The notes under the pieces: model-generated
What the model was told of the DNA's origin: nothing
The model's database searches: none
What the model saw: the letters and a program-made list of their open reading frames with translations, nothing else
Assembly: GCA_030598885.1 (NCBI GenBank)
Contig: JAUVOZ010000002.1
Coordinates: 1-37,629 of the forward strand
DNA: 37,629 bases
Origin: Anaerolineae bacterium
GTDB taxonomy: Bacteria > Chloroflexota > Anaerolineae > Anaerolineales > E44-bin32
Direction: 5' to 3'
Program-made: the position numbers and the translations under genes
Part shown: one piece after another, positions 1-10,324 of the stretch
Layout: each line of letters begins with the position of its first letter
Numbering within the stretch: position 1 is the first letter of the stretch

Positions 1-1166
1 ATTAAGATTTTGGGCGCTACCGCGCTCTCGAATCCATAAGCCATTCCGGTGATGATATTCACTCCCGGCCCGCTCGTGGCCGCTTCGGCTATCTCTTGTA
101 CCGGCCTAACGTTTGAGCCGGTGTAGTATTGGACGATTAGCGCGCTCAACAGTGCGGTGCCTAAACCCAGGGTAAGGCACCAGAAGAGGCGCATATCATG
201 CATCACCCAATTGGCTAAGGCGAAGAAGGCGATCATGGAAAAGATTCCGGTGGTAAAGTAGCCCAGGTTCAATGAAGCGATTGGATTGCGCTTACCGGTG
301 CCGCGCACGACCAAGACTCCGAGTACAGCGCCGACAGCGCCGATGGAACGGGTCAGTAGGGGGAAGAGAACGGCAGCGAAACCATAGCCAGGGAAGCCAT
401 ACTCCGGCATGGGGCTCATGAAAGCCAGGCCCAGGATCATGGTGGCGACTAGGTTGTCAGAACCTGACTCAAAAAGATCAGCCCCACGACCAGCGCAGTC
501 ACCCACATTGTCCCCCACCAAGTCAGCGATCACTGCCGCGTTGCGGGGGTCGTCTTCGGGTATGCCAACCTCAACCTTGCCTACTAGATCTGCCCCCACA
601 TCAGCTCCTTTAGTGAATATCCCGCCGCCCAGTTGTGCGAACAGCGACGACAGACTGGCTCCGAAGCCGAAACCGACCAGCAGGCTAACATTATCGGGGT
701 TATCGGGGCTTACACCAAAGAGAATGGCCAGGAGCGCGATACCTAGGAGATTAAAAGCCACAATGGTCAACCCCATCGTCGCCCCACCACGGAAAGCGAT
801 GGTAAGCGCCTTTCCTGGCAGTGTCCGAGCAGCCTGAGCTGTGCGCACGTTAGCTCGAGTGGCCACATTCATGCCGATGACGATAGCCAGCATCGAGGCG
901 ACAGCTCCACAGACGAAGCTGAAGGCAATCTCCCACTGAGGCCAAAAAACGATTAGCAATATCACCGTCAGGGCAACGATGAAATATGCGATAGTTTGGA
1001 ATTCCCTACGTAGGAAAGTGTTAGCTCCTTGACGGATAAATGAGGCTATCTCCTGCATGCGAGGGGTGCCCGGATCTTGTTTGTTGACCCAGCGAGCGAA
1101 CAACACCACGAAGAATAAGGCGAAGACGCCAGCTAACGGGGTGATGAATATGATGTGGGGACTCAT
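1..1166 (-). CDS. hppA: Membrane-bound H+/Na+-translocating pyrophosphatase, N-terminal ~388 codons (gene runs off the left edge)
   Basis: Absent from the supplied ORF track because it is edge-truncated. My reverse-strand translation from the ATG at 1166-1164 reads MSPHIIFITPLAGVF... with no stop down to position 1. It contains the M-PPase signatures GGGIFTKGADVGADLVGKVE and EDDPRNAAVIADLVGDNVGDCAGRGADLFES. GGAGG lies 11 nt upstream of the ATG. Confidence 0.9.
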   Translation of the reverse strand, partial: MSPHIIFITPLAGVFALFFVVLFARWVNKQDPGTPRMQEIASFIRQGANTFLRREFQTIAYFIVALTVILLIVFWPQWEIAFSFVCGAVASMLAIVIGMNVATRANVRTAQAARTLPGKALTIAFRGGATMGLTIVAFNLLGIALLAILFGVSPDNPDNVSLLVGFGFGASLSSLFAQLGGGIFTKGADVGADLVGKVEVGIPEDDPRNAAVIADLVGDNVGDCAGRGADLFESGSDNLVATMILGLAFMSPMPEYGFPGYGFAAVLFPLLTRSIGAVGAVLGVLVVRGTGKRNPIASLNLGYFTTGIFSMIAFFALANWVMHDMRLFWCLTLGLGTALLSALIVQYYTGSNVRPVQEIAEAATSGPGVNIITGMAYGFESAVAPKIL

Positions 1167-1829
1167 TATCTTTAGAACCTCCAAAGAAGCAAATAATTGG
1201 TAGCAGGATCTGGTTCAATATGCATTGTGCTCGGACAATATACCGATCTAAAGAGGCTATTGCGCCGTGATCAATAGCGAAGACAGCACAGACTCGAAAT
1301 TCCTCCTATAGATCAGCCTAATCAAAAAGGATCATTTAGGTTGACCAAGCTCAACCCTAAACATTACACTGCCTGGACGCTCCCAGATAATGGACGATGT
1401 TTGTGTATCACATCTGCCATTTGGTTGCGTTGTCAGCAGTGTAGAGGGGACTTACTCCCCAGTTCCTAACCAATCTTAACACCCATAATAGGATGTGCGG
1501 AGTGTTGCCAGAACTACACCCCGGTTATTAGGATATCAGCGCTATGTTATAAAACTCCTGCAATCGCCCAATTCGGAGGTCGACTCGGCGCATCCGCTTC
1601 AGGACCATCTCGACTGCCTAATTACTTCCATCTCCTGTGACATAGTAGATCCGACTTTATTCGGTAGACACCGAAGCCTTCGTCGCCTAGCGGAAGAGAT
1701 GGAAAACATGAATTATACTTGTCGGAAAAGTTGATGTCAAGCAAGAGCATCCATCCGCAGCCTTACCATAAACTACCCCCCAAAAAATAAAATTCGATAT
1801 TAATTATCGATGAGAATTCAGCGAACATA

Positions 1830-1859
1830 TTGACTCGGTGACCTATTTTTTTGTATAGT
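1830..1859 (+). promoter_or_regulatory. Candidate sigma-70-type promoter upstream of rpoD (TTGACT-N18-TATAGT)
   Basis: TTGACT at 1830-1835 and TATAGT at 1854-1859 with an 18-nt spacer, in an AT-rich stretch. It would give a ~235-nt leader before the 2101 start. Pattern match only. Confidence 0.35.
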
Positions 1860-2100
1860 GGTGTCTGGGACAATCACAACCCAGTATCGGTCTGAGAGCA
1901 CATGCTGCCTGACTGATGATGGCTGCAGTGCTTTTTATTCGTATGTATATATGTCTGCGTCGGGCAAGAGTATTATTAACGGATGATTCTCGTTGGTTAT
2001 GTTGTTAGTGAGAAGTTAACAATTCTATTGTAGTGTAGGGTATAGATCGCTATGCTGACAAGAGCAAGTGTAGAATCTCGAACCCTATGCTGTCACCAAT

Positions 2101-3396
2101 ATGTTGAGCGAAGAGATGTCAAAAGTAAAAAAGGTTACTGGTATCAATAAAGAATCCACCAAAAGCCATAAAAAGCTCGATCCTGAGGCGCGCCTGGAAC
2201 AAGGTGATGCTGAAGATGTACTGACGGTTGGCGAAGGACATCCAGCGATCGATCAATTGATCGAGCTTGGTAGAGAGCGTGGCTATGTCACTATTAACGA
2301 TCTCTTGGCCGTCTTTCCAGAGGTTGAGCGAGACATCGATCAACTCGAGGATGCATACGCTGCATTGCTAAGCGTGGGTATTACCTTTCTTGATAATGCG
2401 GTAAAGGTTGAAGTCGGGCGGGATGACGGATCAACCGATCGGAATGGCGCTGGTGATACGTTTAAAGAGGAAAACCATCTCGCAGCTGTCGATACGGATG
2501 ATACTGTTGGTCTTTACCTAAAAGAGGTTGGTAGGGTACCGCTTCTTACGGCGCCAGAAGAGGTTATATTGGCTAAGCGTATCGAGATGGGGCGAGAATC
2601 GCGCGAAGAATTAGCCCGGGAAGCAGTATCAATAAAACGCCAGGCTGAACTACAACTTAGTATTGAGGATGGTTGGGCAGCTCGCGAACACCTGATCACG
2701 GCTAACTCACGCTTAGTTATCAGCGTAGCAAAAAAGTATATGGGTCGCGGAGTGCCATTTTTAGACCTGATTCAGGAAGGTAATATCGGTCTAATCCGGG
2801 CGGCCAAAAAATTCGACTACCGTCGTGGTCACAAGTTCTCCACCTATGCCACATGGTGGATCCGTCAGGCGGTGACGCGTGCGATCGCCGATCAGGGTCG
2901 GACGATACGTGTACCGGTGCACATGGGTGATCAAATCAACAAATTACTACGTGTGTCTCATAAACTTACCCAGAAGTTGGGACGTTCTCCGACGACTGAG
3001 GAGCTCGCTGAGGAATTGGATGTTCCCCCGAAAAAAGTCGAGAACATGATCCAGGTAGCCCGGCGACCACTGTCCTTGGAGACGCCAACTGATGAGGAAG
3101 AGGACTCTTGTTTAGGTGATTTCATCGAGGATGAAAGATCACCGGAACCAACTGAAACAGTGACCCAAAATCTGCTAAAGGAGCACTTGCAGGATGTCAT
3201 GCATAGCCTCCCTCCGCGCGAGGTTCGCATTCTTCAATTGCGATATGGACTCCAAGACGGTAAAAGTTATACTCTAGAGGAGGTAGGCCGTAAGATGGGT
3301 GTTACCCGAGAGCGGGTGCGGCAGATCGAAGCCCAGGCTTTAAACCGGTTGCGCCATCCTGGTCACCGTCGAAAACTGTTTGATTACTTGCGGTAA
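2101..3396 (+). CDS. rpoD: Primary (group 1) RNA polymerase sigma-70 factor
   Basis: 431-aa ORF. Region 2 reads [70 protein letters not shown] and region 4 reads [48 protein letters not shown]. An acidic N-terminal region resembles region 1. The true start could be the internal Met (MSKVKK). Confidence 0.93.
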   Translation: MLSEEMSKVKKVTGINKESTKSHKKLDPEARLEQGDAEDVLTVGEGHPAIDQLIELGRERGYVTINDLLAVFPEVERDIDQLEDAYAALLSVGITFLDNAVKVEVGRDDGSTDRNGAGDTFKEENHLAAVDTDDTVGLYLKEVGRVPLLTAPEEVILAKRIEMGRESREELAREAVSIKRQAELQLSIEDGWAAREHLITANSRLVISVAKKYMGRGVPFLDLIQEGNIGLIRAAKKFDYRRGHKFSTYATWWIRQAVTRAIADQGRTIRVPVHMGDQINKLLRVSHKLTQKLGRSPTTEELAEELDVPPKKVENMIQVARRPLSLETPTDEEEDSCLGDFIEDERSPEPTETVTQNLLKEHLQDVMHSLPPREVRILQLRYGLQDGKSYTLEEVGRKMGVTRERVRQIEAQALNRLRHPGHRRKLFDYLR

Positions 3397-3461
3397 TAGC
3401 TGCTGAAACTCGTCATACAAGGTGATGCCCGAAATCTTGTTTATCCACGAAGTATTTCTAT

Positions 3462-3497
3462 GAACCTGGTGGTTTACCATCGGGTTCATTAATTTTG
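3462..3497 (+). terminator. Rho-independent-type terminator hairpin after rpoD
   Basis: gaacctggtgg-ttta-ccatcgggttc forms an 11-bp stem (two G-U pairs) with a 4-nt loop at 3462-3487, followed by the T-rich attaattttg. Confidence 0.55.
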
Positions 3498-3609
3498 GGT
3501 GTGAGAGACACACTGAGAAGACCCTGCTTGAGTGCTCTGCTACATACGAATTTGTGGAAAGAATCTAGATCCACTTTGCTATAAGCATCCGCGGCACTGG
3601 CATTATTAC

Positions 3610-5181
3610 TTATCGTCTTCGAAATATAAGCATCCCCTCAGAACCATAGATATCAGTGGGAATCAAGGTAATTTGTTCATAACTTGCCTTAAAGTTAGCG
3701 TCTTCTAAAAGGGTTTTTCGACCATAAATCTCAAGGATCACTAGGAAATCCGGCTGAAAGTCGCTGATTAGGTTTGAAGGGATGGCATAGTTGATCTCAT
3801 ACATACTTTCTGGCAGTGGGTAGTATTTATCGACTTGAGGTGAGATCAACCCCAGGGTGTCCAGGATACGGGCTTGGGTGTAGTAACCCAACGCGCCGAT
3901 ATCACCAGCAGCCAAGACTTGGTCAGGATGGATTTGATTTCGTAGTTCGATTGCTGCTTGTTGATACAGCAGCTCAAGTTTGATGTAAGCTATTCTCGGA
4001 GATGGGCGTAATAGGCCGTGGTCAGGGCGTGAGGTCCAACCATTTAGGGTGAGTACTACTGCGGCTGTAGCCAGGATATAAGTTGGTAACTTAGATCTCA
4101 AGTCTGAGGCGAGCCGCTCTCCGCCCAGAAAGATTCCAAGGAAGTATAACGGCAGGGGTGGTACAAGGTACCAACGGAAGATCAGTGGGTTGGCGAGAGC
4201 GAAGACGAGCAAGTAAATCCACGGGTATGCCAGAAGGGGCCAAGCGATCAGTTTCTGTCGTAGAAGTTTAAGTGCACCTAATCCGAAGAGAACTGGAAAG
4301 AGCACTAATCCTACGCCAATCCACCATGTGCCAAATACGAGATGACCGAGGAAGGGTGTGGCGTAGTGCTGGAGCAATCGTATCAGCCCGGCTTCTCCTG
4401 GCAGGTGATAGGCTGAGATCTTCGCCAGAATGGAATGCGGGATCGGGTTGCCGTAAACGACGGTGCCGTAGACAAACCACAACAAAGCGGGAATGGCGAA
4501 AACCACCACTTCCTTGGTGCTGATGGGGAGTGGATGAGGGTTGAACTTCTTAGATCCGATTGCGCGCCTTAAACGCTCGACTGCCAAGGGAAGAAGGAAA
4601 AGTAAGGCATCAGGCCGGGTGAGCAGACTGAGGCTACCACATAGCGCAGCCGCGACTGGCTTGTCAATCAAATAGAAGTAAAATGTAGCTGTTCCGAGCA
4701 GTATGAGCAGGCTGGTTTCCATCCCACCAATGGCGAAGGTCACGGACCAAGGTGCTATCGCCCACACTAGAGCAGTAGCCATGCCGGCGCGACGGTAACC
4801 TAACACCTCTGCCATCCTGATGAGCAACCAGCATGTGAGCCCATCAGCCAAGGCGTTGACAAGCAACGCCAAGTAAGGGAAGGGGGCTTGGCTACCGCCG
4901 GTGAATAGACCCAACCCTGCCATCAGTAGGGCATAAACAGGGGTAGTTGTCCCCAACACAGCTTCGCCGGGGTTATAGACCAGCCCATTTCCCGAGAGTA
5001 GGTTTTGGGCGTAGCGGAAGGTGATATAAGCGTCGTCGATAGTACGCGGGCCTGGGAGCAGGCGTGCGACCAGCGCGATGATTATTAAGAAGGTTTCGGG
5101 TTGACACAATCTTCGCAAGCGCACGATAGCATTATACCGACGGGGACAAAGGCGGGAAAGTCCCGACGGTGGAGACTTCAT
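3610..5181 (-). CDS. GTC-1: polytopic membrane protein, GT-C-fold glycosyltransferase-like (ArnT/PMT-like first-loop motif); paralog of GTC-9
   Basis: 523-aa ORF with many hydrophobic helices. IDDAYITFRYAQNLLSGNG follows the first helix; TRPDALLFLLPL and the C-terminal AAGDIGALGYY..ILDTLGLISPQV are shared with 16866-18362. The start is uncertain: the ORF overlaps the divergent ORF at 5101-5181, and in-frame GTG (5124) and TTG (5118, 5109) are alternatives. Confidence 0.75.
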   Translation of the reverse strand: MKSPPSGLSRLCPRRYNAIVRLRRLCQPETFLIIIALVARLLPGPRTIDDAYITFRYAQNLLSGNGLVYNPGEAVLGTTTPVYALLMAGLGLFTGGSQAPFPYLALLVNALADGLTCWLLIRMAEVLGYRRAGMATALVWAIAPWSVTFAIGGMETSLLILLGTATFYFYLIDKPVAAALCGSLSLLTRPDALLFLLPLAVERLRRAIGSKKFNPHPLPISTKEVVVFAIPALLWFVYGTVVYGNPIPHSILAKISAYHLPGEAGLIRLLQHYATPFLGHLVFGTWWIGVGLVLFPVLFGLGALKLLRQKLIAWPLLAYPWIYLLVFALANPLIFRWYLVPPLPLYFLGIFLGGERLASDLRSKLPTYILATAAVVLTLNGWTSRPDHGLLRPSPRIAYIKLELLYQQAAIELRNQIHPDQVLAAGDIGALGYYTQARILDTLGLISPQVDKYYPLPESMYEINYAIPSNLISDFQPDFLVILEIYGRKTLLEDANFKASYEQITLIPTDIYGSEGMLIFRRR

Positions 5182-6771
5182 CCTGGGTTTTTTACAGGAG
5201 GGGTCGTTCTGCTGGCGTTGGCTTTGAAACTAGGTTTATTGGCGCTTGATGTTTTTCCATTTAACGCCGATGAAGCTGTAGTCGGGTTAATGGCGGGTCA
5301 CATTCTTGAAGGACGTTGGCCGGTTTTCTTCTATGGACAGGCGTATATGGGTAGCATGGATGCGTCGCTCGTAGCCATAGGTTTTGCGCTGTTCGGGCAA
5401 AGGGTGATTGTAATTCGTGCAGTCCAAGTCTTGCTCTATCTGGGCACCGTCTTCACAACCATGCAATTAGGCCGGCGGATATTTCGTTCAACGCGAGTGG
5501 CCCTAATTGCCGGGCTGTTGATGGCTATCCCGGCGGTCAATGTCACACTCTACACCACGGTATCGCTCGGTGGTTATGGGGAGATGCTTCTGATCGGCAA
5601 TTTATTACTCCTGCTCGCCCTTCGCATAGCCAAAAGAAAAGATGAGAATTGGCCTTATTTGGTCTGGGGGTTTCTAGCGGGACTTGGTTTTTGGGCATTT
5701 GGAATGACGTTGGTGTATATCCTGCCCGCGGCTGGATTGATAGGGTGGGTGATGTGGCGTGGGACTACACGAAGTCTAATCTTAAAAAGGATCCTTGGTG
5801 CGATCGCCGGTTTTCTCATCGGAGCCGGGCCGTGGATCGCGTGGGCGTTCACTAAAGGACCGACCCAACTTATCCAAGAGCTATTAGGTTCTGCTATCGC
5901 CGGGGTTTCTCCAGGCGGGCCTCTGGAGGTGATCGGTTCGAGGATGCTCAGTTTGTTTGTTTTCGGGAGTACGGTCAGCATAGGTTTACGCCCGCCTTGG
6001 GAAGTGCGTTGGCTGGCAATCCCTCTCCTCCCAGTAGTACTTGTATTTTGGTTGATCGCAATATCGAATGTAATACTCAAATTACGTCAACCCGGACCGG
6101 AAAGGGATGGACGAAGGTTGCTGATCGGAGTATCCATTCTTCTGCTCGTTGGATTTATACTCACCCCCTTTGGAGCTGACCCATCTGGAAGGTATTTTCT
6201 CCCGCTGGCAGCACCTTTGGCGCTATTTGCGGCTGATTTCATATGGGGGTTGAAGCGTAGAATAAACATTTTAATCCTGTCGATTATTCTGCTTTGTGTG
6301 CTCGGGTTTAATTTAATGGGAACTCTCGAATCCGCGTTACGTAACCCACCCGGTCTAACAACTCAATTCAACCCCATTACTCGGATCGATCACAATCATG
6401 ATCAAACGCTGATCGAATTTCTGGAACAAAATGGCGCGCAAAGGGGCTATGCCAATTATTGGGTGTCATACCCGCTTGCCTTCCTTTCGGGTGAACGACT
6501 GATATTTGTTCCCCAATTGCCCTATCATCAAGACTTCCGTTATACAAGTCGGGATAACCGCTATGCTCCTTATGACTACGAGGTCGCCAAGAGCGAACAA
6601 GTGGCATATATCACGTCCAACCACCCAGCGCTCGATGACTACTTACGGTCCTCTTTCAGTGAGCTTGAGTTGACTTGGGAGGAGGCGCGGGTTGGGGATT
6701 ATCAAGTATTTTATCGTCTCTCTCGTGTGCTGGTTCCCGAGGAGATTGGACTGGGGATCACAACACCTTAA
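5101..6771 (+). CDS. GTC-2: polytopic membrane protein, GT39/PMT_2-like glycosyltransferase family (putative)
   Basis: 556-aa hydrophobic ORF with a TTG start in the track. The first helix FFTGGVVLLALALKLGLLAL is followed by FPFNADEAVVGLMAGHILEGRWPVFFYGQAYMGS, a DE motif like ArnT/PMT_2 proteins. A soluble C-terminal ~130 aa follows. Confidence 0.75.
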   Translation: MTQSSQAHDSIIPTGTKAGKSRRWRLHPGFFTGGVVLLALALKLGLLALDVFPFNADEAVVGLMAGHILEGRWPVFFYGQAYMGSMDASLVAIGFALFGQRVIVIRAVQVLLYLGTVFTTMQLGRRIFRSTRVALIAGLLMAIPAVNVTLYTTVSLGGYGEMLLIGNLLLLLALRIAKRKDENWPYLVWGFLAGLGFWAFGMTLVYILPAAGLIGWVMWRGTTRSLILKRILGAIAGFLIGAGPWIAWAFTKGPTQLIQELLGSAIAGVSPGGPLEVIGSRMLSLFVFGSTVSIGLRPPWEVRWLAIPLLPVVLVFWLIAISNVILKLRQPGPERDGRRLLIGVSILLLVGFILTPFGADPSGRYFLPLAAPLALFAADFIWGLKRRINILILSIILLCVLGFNLMGTLESALRNPPGLTTQFNPITRIDHNHDQTLIEFLEQNGAQRGYANYWVSYPLAFLSGERLIFVPQLPYHQDFRYTSRDNRYAPYDYEVAKSEQVAYITSNHPALDDYLRSSFSELELTWEEARVGDYQVFYRLSRVLVPEEIGLGITTP

Positions 6772-6827
6772 TATCTCTTATTATTCCATCAAATTATCTT
6801 TGAGCCTACTTGACAGTCGCATTCATG

Positions 6828-6855
6828 TTGCGCCTTTTAAAGGAGCAAGTATAGT
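6828..6855 (+). promoter_or_regulatory. Weak promoter candidate upstream of GTC-3 (TTGCGC-N16-TATAGT)
   Basis: TATAGT at 6850-6855 has the same -10 hexamer as the rpoD candidate. TTGCGC lies 16 nt upstream. A TTGACA at 6810-6815 is too far away to pair with it. Confidence 0.25.
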
Positions 6856-7061
6856 ACTGTGGTGATCGCTCTATCTAGGCTCCACCATAAGATGCTGCAC
6901 GCTCAGATATGTTTGTAACCGCGTTTGGTTTCTGGCTTTGAAATTGCACCTTGTGGATACAGCGCACCTCAAACCAATAATACGGATCCTACAATGATCA
7001 CCAACCGTTGAGTTGTAAGGTGCGTCAATAAATGGAGTTTTTCTGTTTAGGAGTCTAACCC

Positions 7062-8537
7062 ATGAGTTTCCGAAGGTTAGTAGTGGGTTTGACATTTCTT
7101 GCTGTGTTCACCATGGCCATGCGGGTTTCGGTGGATACGGATACCTGGTGGCATTTACGCGCCGGGGAGTGGATTGTGCAACAACGTCAGATTTTGCGGA
7201 CGGATCCATTCTCGTTGACGCGGCAGGGCGAAACGTGGATATATCCTGGTTGGCTGGCGCAGATTGGCCTATATACAATTCACAACGAGTTCGGCTTTGC
7301 TGGCTTGAACCTCATTACAGCGTTAATGGTTGTCCTCGCGTTTGTGTTCATCTGGCTATTGCTTGATGGTCCATTATTGATGCGAGCCTTTGTTTTACTC
7401 TTAGCGACGACGGTCTCTGGCGTTTATTGGTCAGCGCGGCCTCACATCTTCAGCTTCGCTCTAACGGGAATTTTCTTATGGGTGTTGGCGCGTGCCTATG
7501 CCGGGAGGCGATCTTGGCTTTGGACCCTACCGCCATTAATGGCACTTTGGAGTAACCTGCATGGTGGTTTTGCAATCGGTTTTTTATTGATTGCGGTATA
7601 CCTGGTTGGGGAAGTTCTCGAGGCGTCGCTGTCAGTATTGCATCGCCACGCAACTGTAAGTGAGGTTTGGCGTGAGAGACGTCCCATAATTCAAGCATTG
7701 GTCATTGTTGGTCTTGCCTGTGCGGTAGCAGTTGCGATCAACCCCCATGGTCTCCAGATGTTGCTCTATCCCTTCAAGACGATTTCGGTCAGTACTTTGC
7801 AGGCTTACATTCAAGAGTGGCAATCTCCTGACTTCCACCGTTTAGAGGTCCAGCCCTTCTTATGGATGCTTATCCTATGTATGGTTGTCTTGGCGCTCTC
7901 AGACAAACGAAAACGGGCGGTTGAGCTTGTATTAGTTGCGGGTTTCGCTTATCTAAGTCTGGTTGCCGCGCGAAATATCGCCCTATTTGCGCTTGTGTCC
8001 GCACCGGTTGTAGCGCGACATGGATACGCAGCTGTGAAACCACTCCTTAAAAACATGACCACAGGACCTCAATTACCAGAACGCCGTGCTCAGGGGATTA
8101 ATATTGTACTCTTCTCCATTGTTACCATCGCGGCTTTGATTAAGATCTCCGTCCCGCTTAGTGATCAGGTCAACCAGGAAGCCATCGCTAATCAAGTTCC
8201 TGTCGAGGCGATTGACTACCTTCGCCATCAACCATCACTTGGGAATCTTTTAAACTCCTACAATTGGGGCGGATATGTGATTTGGGAGCTCTATCCGAAA
8301 TACCTCAGCTTTGTGGATGGACGGACTGATCTTTTCAATGATGAGATTCTCGAAGCTTATCTCGCCGTTTGGCGTGCCGAGCCAGGTTGGGAGGATATGA
8401 TCGACCGCTGGGACATAAGGCTCGTGCTGCTTGAGCCGTACGCACCACTGGCCAGGGTGTTGCAGGATTCTGGCTGGGAGCAGTTATACGCTGATGATCA
8501 AGCGGTTGTGCTAGGGCAGGGTGTTGAGCAGGAATGA
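7062..8537 (+). CDS. GTC-3: polytopic membrane protein of an uncharacterised family, GT-C-like by motif position
   Basis: 491-aa ORF with AGGAG 9 nt upstream of the ATG. VDTDTWWHLRAGEWI follows the first helix; SNLHGGFAIGFLLI and many further helices are present. The family assignment is inference. Confidence 0.7.
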   Translation: MSFRRLVVGLTFLAVFTMAMRVSVDTDTWWHLRAGEWIVQQRQILRTDPFSLTRQGETWIYPGWLAQIGLYTIHNEFGFAGLNLITALMVVLAFVFIWLLLDGPLLMRAFVLLLATTVSGVYWSARPHIFSFALTGIFLWVLARAYAGRRSWLWTLPPLMALWSNLHGGFAIGFLLIAVYLVGEVLEASLSVLHRHATVSEVWRERRPIIQALVIVGLACAVAVAINPHGLQMLLYPFKTISVSTLQAYIQEWQSPDFHRLEVQPFLWMLILCMVVLALSDKRKRAVELVLVAGFAYLSLVAARNIALFALVSAPVVARHGYAAVKPLLKNMTTGPQLPERRAQGINIVLFSIVTIAALIKISVPLSDQVNQEAIANQVPVEAIDYLRHQPSLGNLLNSYNWGGYVIWELYPKYLSFVDGRTDLFNDEILEAYLAVWRAEPGWEDMIDRWDIRLVLLEPYAPLARVLQDSGWEQLYADDQAVVLGQGVEQE

Positions 8538-8701
8538 GGCAGTGGTGGCTAGCGTTTAAAACTACGGCTTTACGGGTACGATTCATACAAGTTATGCTGG
8601 TGAGGGTCAGACATAGAGCGCTCGGTTATACAGCATGTCGTGAGTAGTATGAGCGCTTGCGAATGTGCTAGTTGAGAAGGATCTAAGGGGTAAAAGGTCT
8701 T

Positions 8702-10183
8702 ATGTTTGCCAAGCTTTCGCCCATGCTACGATCTCAAAAAGTAACTACCTGGCTTCTATGGTGTCTGATTATCATCTATATCACATTTTTTACTGTCGTA
8801 TCATTCCTACGGCACGATCGATTTGAAACGGCCGCGTATGATCTGGGTATCTTTGACCAGGTTGTGTGGTTTACATCACAAGGCAAAATACTTAAGCTTA
8901 CTAACCTACCTGATAATTATAGCTTATTGAACGTTCATTTCGCGCCGATCCTTATTCCCCTCTCTTTATCCTACCTCGTTGCACCTACACCCAAAACGCT
9001 GTTATTGTTGCAGTCGGTTTCGCTGGGATTAAGTGCTCTCCCAATTTTTTGGTTGGCAAAGCAAAAGCTAAATGTCTGGGCTGGATTGGCCTTTACCCTG
9101 ATATATCTTCTCTTTCCTGCATTGGAAGGTGCTAATTTGTTTGATTTCCATCCCGCAACTCTAGCTGTTGTATTTCTGGCCTTTGCTTATTGGTACCTGC
9201 AATGCAGAAATTACAAGATGTTCCTGTTATTTGCTTTACTGATCATGAGCTGTAAAGAGGAGCTATCGCTATACGTGCTTTTGATGGGTCTCTATGCTGC
9301 TGTAATAAATAGAGATTGGAAGATAGGCATAGGCATCTTCATCCTAGGCTTGGTTGTTTTTCTGACGGTTAATCTAGTTGTGATGCCGACCTTCAGTCAC
9401 ACCGGTCAGATAAACTTTCATCTTTCTCGATATTCTGCGCTGGGAGATACAGCAGGTGAGATACTCCAGACACTACTAAGTCGACCAAAATATGTATGGG
9501 AATACATTGCTTCTGATAAGAACCGTCTGTACTACCTGAGGAGTCTGTTGGCTCCGACGGCCTATCTTTCTTTGCTCGACCCAGCCACCCTGTTTACAAT
9601 AATCCCAACGGTGGCTATTAATATCCTATCCAATTGGAATCCAACCTACGCACTTGATCGATTTCACTATACAGCGCCCGCGGTACCCTTCATCGTTGCT
9701 GCAGCCATCAATGGGATGGCTCGGTTGGTTAAACTTATCCAGCGTTTGTACAAGCTACGGCATACTTTCATCATTGCACTATTTATCTGCGCAACTGTGG
9801 CTGTTGCAGTTGTGTATCACGTTCGCTTTGGTCATACGCCGATGGGTGGTAACTATTACTTGCCCGCTCAGGAACCGCGCCACACAGTTGCACGCCAACT
9901 GCTAGATCTGATTCCACCAGATGCTATTGTTTCGGCTCAAGCCAACCTGAACCCGCATCTAACACACCGTGTTGTCACCTATTCATTTCCAAAAATCGAG
10001 GACAGCCGAGAAGGTCCTGCCACATATATCGCTCTTGACACTATTGGAAATATCTTCCCCCTTTGGCCGGACGACTACAACACTCTGGTTAGCGAACTGT
10101 ACAATGGAGGAGACTATGAAGCGATCTTTGAGCAAGACGGATATCTCCTATTGCGTCGAATATCTGGGGCGGATGACCTATGA
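8702..10183 (+). CDS. GTC-4: DUF2079-like polytopic membrane protein
   Basis: 493-aa ORF. HDRFETAAYDLGIFDQVVWFTSQG after the first helix matches my recollection of the DUF2079 signature (fDLgifdQ). Hydrophobic throughout, with a soluble C-terminal tail. Confidence 0.75.
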   Translation: MFAKLSPMLRSQKVTTWLLWCLIIIYITFFTVVSFLRHDRFETAAYDLGIFDQVVWFTSQGKILKLTNLPDNYSLLNVHFAPILIPLSLSYLVAPTPKTLLLLQSVSLGLSALPIFWLAKQKLNVWAGLAFTLIYLLFPALEGANLFDFHPATLAVVFLAFAYWYLQCRNYKMFLLFALLIMSCKEELSLYVLLMGLYAAVINRDWKIGIGIFILGLVVFLTVNLVVMPTFSHTGQINFHLSRYSALGDTAGEILQTLLSRPKYVWEYIASDKNRLYYLRSLLAPTAYLSLLDPATLFTIIPTVAINILSNWNPTYALDRFHYTAPAVPFIVAAAINGMARLVKLIQRLYKLRHTFIIALFICATVAVAVVYHVRFGHTPMGGNYYLPAQEPRHTVARQLLDLIPPDAIVSAQANLNPHLTHRVVTYSFPKIEDSREGPATYIALDTIGNIFPLWPDDYNTLVSELYNGGDYEAIFEQDGYLLLRRISGADDL

Positions 10184-10324
10184 ATCGAGAAAATATGGTT
10201 AGACTGGTATTCTTACAGGTAAAACTTGACGGTGCGATTTGGTTCGGTGACTTCCGACATTCTTGGTTAAATTCAGTTACGCCGCAAATTCTCTGAAGAA
10301 GAGAAGAACTATACGAGGTGTGCA

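Noticed and set aside
409-837. 142-aa plus-strand ORF in the track (Pro/Ser/Ala/Arg-rich)
   Set aside because: It lies entirely antisense to the hppA reading frame, which carries unmistakable pyrophosphatase motifs. Its low-complexity composition is typical of a shadow ORF.
1021-1218. 65-aa minus-strand ORF overlapping the hppA start
   Set aside because: It is out of frame with the hppA frame, which starts at 1166 with a GGAGG upstream and continues with conserved motifs.
1495-1734. 79-aa ORF inside the hppA-rpoD spacer
   Set aside because: It has a GTG start without an SD and an odd composition with no recognisable motif. It is more likely non-coding, though the spacer itself is flagged as a finding.
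1900-1935. Imperfect hairpin gcacatgctgcc...ggctgcagtgc followed by TTTTTATT in the putative rpoD leader, a possible attenuator
   Set aside because: The stem has several mismatches and I cannot evaluate its stability by eye. It is kept only as a remark under the spacer finding.
2065-2095. tRNA-like T-loop string (minus strand GGGTTCGAGATTC)
   Set aside because: The flanking bases do not form a T-stem, and no acceptor or anticodon arms can be drawn.
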